Origin: a virus | Direction: 5' to 3' (one strand) | IMG/VR virus record: IMGVR_UViG_3300025840_000013 | Length of the DNA: 64,000 bases | Shown: in pieces, positions 11,301-20,400 of the stretch | Layout: each line of letters begins with the position of its first letter | How positions within the stretch are numbered: position 1 is the first letter of the stretch | Made by a program: the position numbers and the translations under genes | Notes under the pieces: model-generated | The model's input: only the letters and a program-made list of their open reading frames with translations | What the model was told of the DNA's origin: nothing | Databases searched by the model: none

Positions 11301-12600
11301 CCTTTTAGAAAGAATGTCAACATTTAAGTACGCATCACGTTCTGGTGATGGAGTACCCACATCTGATACTTCTGTTGGACTTGTTGATTATAAATCTGCA
11401 GATTCTGCATTACTAGATATTCTATACAGTGCTCCAGTTGCAAACATGGACAAAATTTTTGAGTCTATGGTTATTGCATTGGACGATGTAGAAATTATTA
11501 GAGATAAGAGTGCATATATTTTATCTTATGACGAATGGGTTAGTCATGGTGATCCTAATACAGTACAGAGATTTGTGGAGTCTTTAGACGCCGCTGGGGT
11601 TACAACAATTGGTTCAGATTTTAGAGTTCCTTCTATAGATGGAACTACTATTAGATGGGACAATGTTGATGTCGCAACCAAAACATTGACAGTTGGTGAC
11701 ACAAACCCATCTACTGGAAGAAATTTCTTTTACGCACACGCCGGCGCAAGTTCTGCGAACCAACCAACTTATGCATTAGTGGCAGCCAATCATGCGGTTC
11801 AGTCATCTGTAAGAGAAAATCTTTTGAACAAAATGCCTGGAGACCCAGTGTGGACTGACCAAAGTTCTTTGAAAAATGAATACATGTATGATTTCTTCAA
11901 TCAGACGCTCTATTTTAAGGTTTCTCCAAGAGCGGGCGCAGAATTGACAATATCTATTATTAACTATGTTACTTCAAATCCTGCTCAGGGTGCATATATT
12001 ATTACTGTTCCAGAGGATAGAGATTTCCCAGAAAGAAATATGAATGAAGTGAAAACAATCAATAGATTTGTTGTTAGAGAACAAGATGTATTAAAACCAT
12101 GGGATTTCCATGTTTCTGCAACAATGCACGAAATCGATTCTCATGCTGTTATCAATCCGATGGAACAACTTTCTATTACACAAGATAGAAATTTTGTTTT
12201 CTCGTTCCCAACTCAGATAACAACTCAAAGATTCTATTATCCACAAAGTGAACTTGATATTATTTGTATTTCTTCTGCAGATTTCTCGACACAATCGGGT
12301 CATGTAGAAATAAACAAATATGATGATTCGGATGGAGTAAATGAAGAGTTTAGAGGTGGTTCTTTTGTTCCTGCCTCAATTTCTTCAACTTCTCCTGCTG
12401 AAGTTACAAGATATGCAGGACATGAAGGCCCTGATGGGGTTAAGTATATTTGGAGAAAAAATGCCAGAAAGTATGAAGGTATGTCTGCAACATTACCAAA
12501 TGGAAATGGTATGAGAGTGTTTATGCAAGTTACTGGTTCTAGTATTAGATACAGTGATGTAACGCCTGGTACTGCGCCTGGGTCGACACTAGGAAGTTAA
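8317..12600 (+). CDS. Putative virion structural protein, paralog 2 (1427 aa)
   Basis: SIQRN N-terminus, KPQKWRMRF, GRDGIK..VYREPGEL, YPMSYRLT, RFVVREQDVLKPWD, GNGMR; strong SD and its own late promoter. Confidence 0.65.
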   Translation: MSIASGYSIQRNDIIDVPHRSQVETHNALSGSNIYFLRSRPDVSDKDWEWDIRIGETRFYLNRGLGNNSMVSGVTATDAELYKDRVYVEGSTSAGQGSIRYDSALGEFGGIVFAEEVRPISGEIIEIKYIEHVTHFTGSDGGLLFQLAHDLTVHPFEFPEIFNLNLSRDVTFDTDADGTPGNEITSDFTTSEILNEIDTGTGNLTAYQQVLPVQYNRDYSEDGTPADQLVAGKLWKVVREHKVVTELNLGSGGATPFASIDPSDSNTWPSIIGDFPLTISDLGSGEFRVSLNGRVLPSEDWIATSNNVSRSTLFKFKRTEVMPWVSDLSQCVFTISYHWGKTIDVPYGALVGPGGLGPQQETLSGGANDYSWPKNNAVDTDYWAYSKATTSDGQPTGTAVNGFVAFFYDQTTDTPNIAAAITASGQKDELATTEEGTSWMLTFQENDNFQRPFDLIYPTPVSNDKEDVKDALRRITNGFLVESNKGVDLLSDTNLSFASSLSPSAVRKPQKWRMRFEWNDDERYLKVNVATSYQLKDDFTISQPQGRDGIKNPVYREPGELCDVYSSPMIGRGAILQMSKAKSQWFRKTQIEDSLSTSYPMSYRLTVTNHGLGLFLFDHASVDQDDDYAWLVVQRHVDQTTGQPEFAEKSPVHCVYSPCKRPVDVASLTPYFASQDLDDLSKPGPIQNSLGQVFRSEAPTIFVNRDLALFNGIVNAIDFNPIGYATGGTTTNTLGQLYYNDIRSDLTRGFTGTGYAENQNLWSLTAHRLQIDRDITVSTAFASSGVRNVEVLTPGKFIAQEITDAEGNITRKGGRIVAFNKETGRLIIAGHVGLTFARPPAAEGADPDAPPSPLVLKEGTSGSGDVSIDFTAETTGDFVAIPLDGPTGNTFQEEFQHAVFDLQIQGFNSLPRRKDVAFTTGASPSPSAVEQIKTFTVTPAVPPATDPTTTTTIDGLEHYDRSGEILTSSTAVPAQYVMGSNAGVSLSENVAFPQNLLERMSTFKYASRSGDGVPTSDTSVGLVDYKSADSALLDILYSAPVANMDKIFESMVIALDDVEIIRDKSAYILSYDEWVSHGDPNTVQRFVESLDAAGVTTIGSDFRVPSIDGTTIRWDNVDVATKTLTVGDTNPSTGRNFFYAHAGASSANQPTYALVAANHAVQSSVRENLLNKMPGDPVWTDQSSLKNEYMYDFFNQTLYFKVSPRAGAELTISIINYVTSNPAQGAYIITVPEDRDFPERNMNEVKTINRFVVREQDVLKPWDFHVSATMHEIDSHAVINPMEQLSITQDRNFVFSFPTQITTQRFYYPQSELDIICISSADFSTQSGHVEINKYDDSDGVNEEFRGGSFVPASISSTSPAEVTRYAGHEGPDGVKYIWRKNARKYEGMSATLPNGNGMRVFMQVTGSSIRYSDVTPGTAPGSTLGS

Positions 12601-12629
12601 AATAAAATAAAATAATTACATAAACTGGG

Positions 12630-12663
12630 TATAAATACTTGAAACACTTTAAAGTTATAAATA
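12630..12663 (+). promoter_or_regulatory. Tandem T4-type late promoters
   Basis: TATAAATA at 12630-12637 and 12656-12663, upstream of an AAGGAG SD and the ATG at 12695. Confidence 0.75.
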
Positions 12664-12694
12664 TAAGAAAAAACATTCAAAGGAGAATTATTAG

Positions 12695-15600
12695 ATGACT
12701 ACTGCATTATCGACAGAGTTCCTTTCTGGTGGATTTTCTATTCAAAGAAACGAAATGGTATCTATGCAACAGCAGAAATACGCACAGAAGTTCGAATTTT
12801 TGAATAGTTTCAATCAGACATATACAAGGCTTTCAAAACCGGCCCAACACGAATTTGACAGAATCGCACCATATGCACTCTCTTCACAGAGAAGAGTATT
12901 TGTTGGTGGTACTGTTACAACTGTTACACGCCCATTAAAACAAACATATAGAAACGGAAATCTTCCTTCTGTTCTTGGTTCAATTCAATTAGATGCAAAC
13001 GGTGCAATTCAATCTATCAATGTTCTTGATGGTGGTTTTGGTTATGCACCAAATACAACTTTTAATGTAAATATTAGAGGTGGTGAACCAACAAGTGGAA
13101 CATTAACTCCTGCAGTTGTAACTGCAACTTCTGATAATTCTGGTAGAATTGTTTCGGTTGATATTGTTTCTTCTGGTAACAATTACGATGCAGCTGCTGC
13201 ACAAACTTTAAGTGCAAAAATTGATGAAAGTCCAGATGAAGGACAGTTTTATGTTTCGTTCTTTGAAGGTATTGGCGCACTTACTTCCGTAAACATCACT
13301 AGTGGACAAACAGGACATAGGCCAGGCGTCTATTATGTTGCAACAACAACTACAGATTCTGTTGCTGGTAGTGGTGCAAAATTCCAAGTATATGTTGATG
13401 CTGGTGGCACAGTAACAAAAGTCGTTCCATTGGAGTTCGGTGAAACTTATGTAATTGCTGACACAATCACTATTCCAAACAGCGAACTTGGAAATGATGG
13501 TGGAAGTGATTTGGTAATCACTGTAGAAGCAGTAACAACATCAACCCAACTTGCATTCGATTACGGAACAGTAACTTGGAGAAGTGAATCTTTCCAAGTT
13601 GGTGATACAGTTCTTTTAGAGTACTTTATTGATACTGACAAAGATCCTTCTGCAAGTGATGGCTTCTTAAGAACTCTTGCAAAAGATTTATGTTTACACC
13701 CATATGGTAACTACTATAGTTCTGCGTTTTCTAGTGTTCCACAAAGATCAGCGTCCATTGTAATTAAGGGCGGTGCAGTAGATGGCGCATCTGTAGAACT
13801 TTATGACGATGCTGGTGTACGGTTCGGTGTTACTGACGAAAGTGGTTTTACCGCTGCAGACGATGGAAAAAGAATTGTCGAAGTAAATGGTTCGGGTGTT
13901 GCAATTCTTAGAGTTACAGGTGATGGACATACATTAAATCCATATGTCGCAACTCTTGAAATGACAAGTACGAATAATGAAGAAAGTAATCCATTTTCAT
14001 ATGAAGATGCAACAGACGGTGAACCAATTACTGGTATGGTTGCAGGAGATAAATCATATGCAACAGGAAAATGGAGACTCGCAATTCCTGTATCTGATTT
14101 TGAAGCACAACCCTACAACATAATTTATCCATTTGTGGATACAGATAGTAACACACCAATTCCAATTGGAAATGATGGACAACAAAATCACAGAAATGTA
14201 ATGGCTGCAATTAAAAGAATTGGTGATATGTTTGTTGTTGAATCGGAAAAAGGTACAGACTTACTTTCATCCAAGAAAGAAATTAATAGTGCTACAGATG
14301 CGATTCCAACTTCAGTTTCATTGACTCAGCCAGTTAAAGATGCTCGTAAACCACAGAAGTGGAGAATGCGTTTCTTCTATGACACTAGAGATGAATATCT
14401 TTATGTAAATGTTGCTACTGCATTGCAAATTAAAGATAACGGAGACCTTTCAAAAGGACAAGGTCGTGACGGTATCAAACAGGCAGTTTACAGACAGCCT
14501 GGAGAACTTAGTGAAATTTACTATAACTTCTCAAACGATAGTAACAAGGCGAAATCTGGATTCTTCCGCAGACAAGGTAAAACTACAGATGATACAGAAC
14601 CAACATATCCAATCGCATTCCGTTTGACTTGTACTGACCACGGTACTGGACTTTTCGTATTCGATCAGGCCTCCGTTGACCAAGATGACGATTATGCATG
14701 GTTTGTTATTCAAAGACATGTTAACAACATTTCTGGTAAAATTGAATTCGAAGATGGTAAGTCTCCAGTTCACTGCTTGTATTCTCCATCTTCTAGACCA
14801 GAAGAAACATCAGATTTTAATATCGGTTTCTTTGCAGAGGTTAGTGAAGAGTTGAATACAACTACTGGTGCAACAACAGTCACATCTAAGTCATTGGATG
14901 AATTGGAAATCTTTGATGTAAACGGTAGAAAACTGAAGCCGGGACTTCCAGTGAATGTAACAATTCCTACTGACTCAAGACCTGTTGCATTGATCCCAGA
15001 AGCATACGGTAGAGGACTTTCATATCTGAACACTTCTTCTACTGCAAACGTTCCACTTGCCGACCATGGTGCGTTAGGAACAGATTCCGCAACTGGATTT
15101 ACAGTTGTTAACGACTACTATAAATTCCCAGAGATTACTGCTGCGAACCTCCAGGCTGGCCCGACTGATCGTGGATTGGGTACTGCAGAACTTGCAGTTA
15201 TTCAAAGTAATCTGAGTCTGCCGCCTTTTGATAGAGATGCATTTGCATTAAACTTTGGTGCTGCATATGGTAGTTCATTTGTACCAGTAGGTGACTATAT
15301 TACTGGTTTTGAAAATGGTACTGGTTCCGGCTCGAGATATGATGTCGTAGACACTAATGGGGCCCCATCTTCTTGGACATTAATTAATGACCAAGATGGT
15401 AAAGGTTTGAAAAACTATTCCGTTGCAAGAACACAAATGCAAGGCCCTGCTCAGTTAGGTTTGCGTACATACAGAGTTCGTCACAGAAGTTCTGATGGTG
15501 TTGACACCTTCTTGGATTATGAAACTGACTTCCAGTTTGTAAGTAAAACTGAAGTTGCGCCTGCGACTGATGCAAACGGACAGGCAAGAGAACTTCCAAT

Positions 15601-17410
15601 CAGTTCAACGGTTGCAATCTTTACACCAACATCTGTTGCTGCTAAGAATCTTGTTGCAAAGAGAAGACGCAGAATTCTTTTCGTTGACAACTTAGATATT
15701 GGTGCAACAACTGGGACAGGTTCGAATCCTCTTCTTGGTACTCAAGGACAATTTGCTGGTGCATTGGGTGGTATTACTGACTTAACATTAGTTCCTGTTA
15801 CTGGTTCTTCATTTGGTGGAAATGCAGTTGGACACAAACTTGCACTTGATTCTGCTGGTGCTGCTGTCCAAACGGCTGCGACTGGTGGTATTGGACAAGA
15901 CTTCATTGTATTAGATGGAACTGGTTCTACTGGTGATGTAAAGGTTGGAGATGAACTTACAACCGCAACTGCACAAACTGCAGGATTTGGATTTAGAGTT
16001 CTTTCTATAATCGACTCCTTCCCAGAAAATGACCAATTCATCTATGAATATGCATGGGAAGGTGCTGGATTTAACAATGAGTATACCAACTTCTTTGGTA
16101 GATATGGTACTGCATCTAACCCACTCTTTGAGGTTAACAGACTTAAAGTGTTTGTTGATGGACAAGAGGCAGATGCTGCGGTTCAAGGACAGAATTATCA
16201 ATTCGATTCTTCTGGTAATATTGAATTTGGTACGACTGGTGGTTCTACAGAATACTTTGGTGTTCAAAAACCAATGTATGCATATTCATTAACTACGGAC
16301 AAAGTTAAATTTAACGAACCTCTAGAGTTTGCCACAGTTGTTAAGATTTCATATGAAAACTATAATGATGTGGAAGAAAGAGATACTGGTAGATCAACTT
16401 ACTTGATTAAACTTCCAGAAGACAGAGATATTCCTGCAATCTGGAACGATATTCATAAAGTTGCAAAAGGTATCTACAGATTTATTGTTCGTGAAAACGA
16501 TGTGTTTAAACCATGGGATTATCATGTCTCTGCTGTTACACCACAGGTTGACAGTCCTGCATGTATTAACCCTGTTGAACAGTTATCGATTACACAGGAT
16601 AAAACTGTTATCTTTAACTTCCCAACACCACTTGCATCACAAAGATTTATCTATAGTGACGCAGAAGCAGACTTGATCTGTATCGCTGGTGCGGATAGTT
16701 CTACTCAAGGTGGTATCATTAAGACATCTGCAACTAAATATGACCTTGACGGACAACATGCTAGTACATTAAGTCCACAAGGTGGTACTGCATCTACATC
16801 TTCTAATACTGATCCACTTAACTTCAGAAGAGAGTATTTCTGGCACAATGTGAAACAGTCAGATGGAACAACTGATGCATTTGACACAACAGAAAACTCA
16901 ACACATAGAACTTATGTGGGTATGATGTCTACTAAACCATTTGGTAATGGTATGAGAATCTTCATCTTAACAAGAGGTGGCCCAATCAGACCATCATATA
17001 GTGACTATACACCAAGAGATGTAAGAGGAATTTCAGATAACTTCCCAACAGGTGCTGTTAACGGTGCTATTGAAACTCTTGGAGGAGTAGACTATACATT
17101 CGATGATGGTGAACGCTCAGGTAATTTAGTTACTGCCGATGATGCAGTAATTAATGTCGGTACATCCACAATTTCTGGTGCGACTGTCACTAGTATCTCT
17201 TCTGATATTTTAGTAGGTGCTACTTCTTCGGTAACTACAACAGAGGGCGATACAGTTACACTCACAGTAACTGAGGTTTCTTCTAGTGCCGGTTCCATTA
17301 CTGTCAGAAGTAGTGGTTCTACTGTAGGAACGCTTGCTGTAGGAACATTCGCATTCACTAAGAATGTTGGTTCTTCTTGGAACGGGAATTATGTAAACTT
17401 TGGTTCATAA
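12695..17410 (+). CDS. Putative virion structural protein, paralog 3 (1571 aa)
   Basis: Same conserved core motifs. Inserts include G.I.S..V...G.GY repeats like those in marine T4-like baseplate/fibre proteins. Confidence 0.65.
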   Translation: MTTALSTEFLSGGFSIQRNEMVSMQQQKYAQKFEFLNSFNQTYTRLSKPAQHEFDRIAPYALSSQRRVFVGGTVTTVTRPLKQTYRNGNLPSVLGSIQLDANGAIQSINVLDGGFGYAPNTTFNVNIRGGEPTSGTLTPAVVTATSDNSGRIVSVDIVSSGNNYDAAAAQTLSAKIDESPDEGQFYVSFFEGIGALTSVNITSGQTGHRPGVYYVATTTTDSVAGSGAKFQVYVDAGGTVTKVVPLEFGETYVIADTITIPNSELGNDGGSDLVITVEAVTTSTQLAFDYGTVTWRSESFQVGDTVLLEYFIDTDKDPSASDGFLRTLAKDLCLHPYGNYYSSAFSSVPQRSASIVIKGGAVDGASVELYDDAGVRFGVTDESGFTAADDGKRIVEVNGSGVAILRVTGDGHTLNPYVATLEMTSTNNEESNPFSYEDATDGEPITGMVAGDKSYATGKWRLAIPVSDFEAQPYNIIYPFVDTDSNTPIPIGNDGQQNHRNVMAAIKRIGDMFVVESEKGTDLLSSKKEINSATDAIPTSVSLTQPVKDARKPQKWRMRFFYDTRDEYLYVNVATALQIKDNGDLSKGQGRDGIKQAVYRQPGELSEIYYNFSNDSNKAKSGFFRRQGKTTDDTEPTYPIAFRLTCTDHGTGLFVFDQASVDQDDDYAWFVIQRHVNNISGKIEFEDGKSPVHCLYSPSSRPEETSDFNIGFFAEVSEELNTTTGATTVTSKSLDELEIFDVNGRKLKPGLPVNVTIPTDSRPVALIPEAYGRGLSYLNTSSTANVPLADHGALGTDSATGFTVVNDYYKFPEITAANLQAGPTDRGLGTAELAVIQSNLSLPPFDRDAFALNFGAAYGSSFVPVGDYITGFENGTGSGSRYDVVDTNGAPSSWTLINDQDGKGLKNYSVARTQMQGPAQLGLRTYRVRHRSSDGVDTFLDYETDFQFVSKTEVAPATDANGQARELPISSTVAIFTPTSVAAKNLVAKRRRRILFVDNLDIGATTGTGSNPLLGTQGQFAGALGGITDLTLVPVTGSSFGGNAVGHKLALDSAGAAVQTAATGGIGQDFIVLDGTGSTGDVKVGDELTTATAQTAGFGFRVLSIIDSFPENDQFIYEYAWEGAGFNNEYTNFFGRYGTASNPLFEVNRLKVFVDGQEADAAVQGQNYQFDSSGNIEFGTTGGSTEYFGVQKPMYAYSLTTDKVKFNEPLEFATVVKISYENYNDVEERDTGRSTYLIKLPEDRDIPAIWNDIHKVAKGIYRFIVRENDVFKPWDYHVSAVTPQVDSPACINPVEQLSITQDKTVIFNFPTPLASQRFIYSDAEADLICIAGADSSTQGGIIKTSATKYDLDGQHASTLSPQGGTASTSSNTDPLNFRREYFWHNVKQSDGTTDAFDTTENSTHRTYVGMMSTKPFGNGMRIFILTRGGPIRPSYSDYTPRDVRGISDNFPTGAVNGAIETLGGVDYTFDDGERSGNLVTADDAVINVGTSTISGATVTSISSDILVGATSSVTTTEGDTVTLTVTEVSSSAGSITVRSSGSTVGTLAVGTFAFTKNVGSSWNGNYVNFGS

Positions 17411-17433
17411 TTTCTAAAGATTGATAAAATTAT

Positions 17434-17441
17434 CATAAATA
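17434..17441 (+). promoter_or_regulatory. Late-promoter variant CATAAATA
   Basis: One mismatch to TATAAATA, intergenic, immediately before the terminator hairpin. Confidence 0.45.
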
Positions 17442-17442
17442 T

Positions 17443-17471
17443 AGGGGAGACATAAAGTCTCCCCTTTTTTT
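17443..17471 (+). terminator. Rho-independent terminator
   Basis: AGGGGAGAC-ATAAA-GTCTCCCCT perfect 9-bp stem followed by a T tract. Confidence 0.85.
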
Positions 17472-17484
17472 ATACCAAAGAAAA

Positions 17485-20400
17485 ATGTCTGTAGAAAATA
17501 TATTTTTATTTAACGATGTAATAAAAGTCAAGGTTGGAATTGATTCTCCAGTTGGAATCAATGGCCCATCTGATGGCCAAGTTGTTGAACAAAATGGACT
17601 TACATACACTTATAATGCAACAACAACTTCTTGGGATATTACCGTATTATCAAACATAGTATTTGTTTCTGGTCTTGCATCTTCTATAACACTGTCATTT
17701 TCTGCTGGAGATATTCTTGTCAATGGCACTAGTCAAGGTACAAGTACAACAATATCTAATAACGATGTAGTACAATTATCTTTAGAAAATCCAACCCTAA
17801 ATCAATCCAACACATACAGTATTGTTGCAGATGGCACAACAATAGATTATATTGTCGAATTAAACGATCCAGAGGTTGCGAACTTTGACTCAGATAGGTC
17901 AACTTCCTCGACCAATGATGATCTTGAAAAGATTGATACGACATCTCCTACATTAACAGATTCTGATACAACTGTATTTCAAAGTATTATAAACCAATTA
18001 AATGCTGGTGATGTAGATTTTGAAAGTGTAAAAGAAGAACTGTCTACACTCATTCAAGAAAATTTTTCAGAGGCATATCAGGAAGCTCTTGGTGATTTGC
18101 AAGTTTTACTTGCTCAAGAATTTGAAGAATTTAGAGATACAATTTTAACTTCTGAAACTGATATTGTAGAAACAACAGTCCAAGAGAGTGCGGAGATTAC
18201 AGAGGTTATTACCGCAAAGGATGCGGAGATTGATAGTGTTTTAGAAACACAAGAATCTCAAGATTATACGCAAGAATTGGTTCAAGAAACTTTAGAGACT
18301 TCAGAACAAGAAACATTTGTAGAAGATGAGGTTGTAGAAACTTCTGAACAAGAACTACTTGCCGTTACTGATTCTCCAGAAACTTCAGAACAAGAAACAT
18401 TTGTAGAAGATGAGGTTGTAGAAACTTCTGAACAAGAAACATTTGTAGAAGATGAAGTTTCAGAGACTTCTGAACAAGAACTACTTGCCGTTACTGATTC
18501 TCCAGAAACTTCTGAACAAGAAACATTTGTAGAAGATGAGGTTGTAGAAACTTCTGAACAAGAACTACTTGCCGTTACTGATTCTCCAGAAACTTCTGAA
18601 CAAGAAACATTTGTAGAAGATGAAGTTTTAGAGACTTCTGAACAAGAACTACTTGCCGTTACTGATTCTCCAGAAACTTCAGAACAAGAACTACTTGCCG
18701 TTACTGATTCTCCAGAAACTTCAGAACAAGAAACATTTGTAGAAGATGAGGTTGTAGAAACATCTACACCAGATACATTTGTAGAAGATGAGATTGTAGA
18801 AACTTCAGAACAAGAACTACTTGCCGTTACTGATTCTCCAGAAACTTCAGAACAAGAACTACTTGCCGTTACTGATTCTCCAGAAACTTCAGAACAAGAA
18901 ACATTTGTAGAAGATGAGGTTGTAGAAACTTCTGAACAAGAGTTGTTGGCAGTAACAGACTCTCCAGATACATCTACACCAGATACATTTGCAGAAGATG
19001 AGGTTGTAGAAACTTCTGAACAAGAACTACTTGCCGTTACTGATTCTCCAGAAACATCTACACCAGATACATTTTCAGATACTATTCAACAGGCTCTTTT
19101 AGAACAGGTTAGAGAAGAATTAACAGATAACGAAGAATTAAAACTATCAGATCTTTTTTCTGACCTAGAAAATATTTTAACAAATCAATTAGAATCTTTT
19201 GCCGAAGAAATAACTCCAGATTTTCTAATTCAAGTATTATCGGAATTAAGTGATTCCGAAGAATTAAAAACTGCAGACATTCAAAACTTAGAAGATATTC
19301 AAAGTCTTTTAACTCCAGATATTTTATTAGATTTAGAAAATATTCAATTAGAAAATATAACCCAAGAATTGGTCAGAGAAAGTCTTTCAACAGTACTACA
19401 AGAATTTTTGGAAGAAACTTTAACTGAAACATTTATTTTACCAGAAACTGATGAAACAATTGAAACGTTATCAACACTAGATCAGGCAAAAGATGAAACC
19501 GTTGATGTAATAGAAACTTCTACATTAGATAGTTCAGAAGAACAAGATGTAGTAGAAGAAGTTACTGCAGATATTGATACCACAGTAGAAACAACGGAAG
19601 GTGTTGAGCAAGAAAGAACAGAAGAGTCTCCAGAAGAACAACAACTGGAAGAAAAGTTGGATGCTGCTAGTGAAACAGTAGATTCGCAGGACACCACTTC
19701 AGACGAACAAATTTCAACTGGAAGTGATGGAGAAGTTGTCGAAGAAGATAGTGCAGATTCAACAACTTCTGATACAAGTGTCGATGATGAGGTTACAGAA
19801 ACTTCAGTAGATGATGCCACAGTAGACGATAGTACAGACGCTACTGAGTCTCCAGATGCAACTATAGATGATGCCACGGACACTACAGAGTCTCCAGATG
19901 CAACTGTAGATGATGCCACGGACACTACAGAGTCTCCAGACGCTACAGTAGATGACGATACAGATGCTACAGAGTCTCCAGACGCTACAGTAGATGATGC
20001 CACGGACACTACAGAGTCTCCAGACGCTACAGTAGATGACGATACAGATGCTACAGAGTCTCCAGACGCTACAGTAGATGACGATACAGATGCTACACCT
20101 TCACCATCTTTAGATGAGGAAGACGAATCTTCAGAAACTGTGTCTGATGGAAATGTGGTTTCTGATTCTGAACTTGAAGGTGGAACTGATACCGAAACTC
20201 CAGAAGATGCAACCGAAGATACTACAACTCCTAGTGAGGTGCCAGAAGAAGATCCTAGCACAACAGAAACGCCAGATTCTGAGGTCGAAGATGAAGTTCA
20301 GCCAGTTTCAGATGATGCGAGTGATGTTACTGACGAACAGAATATAATCGAAACCGAAACAGATATACCAGTTGACGAATCTGGAGATACCGAATCCGAT

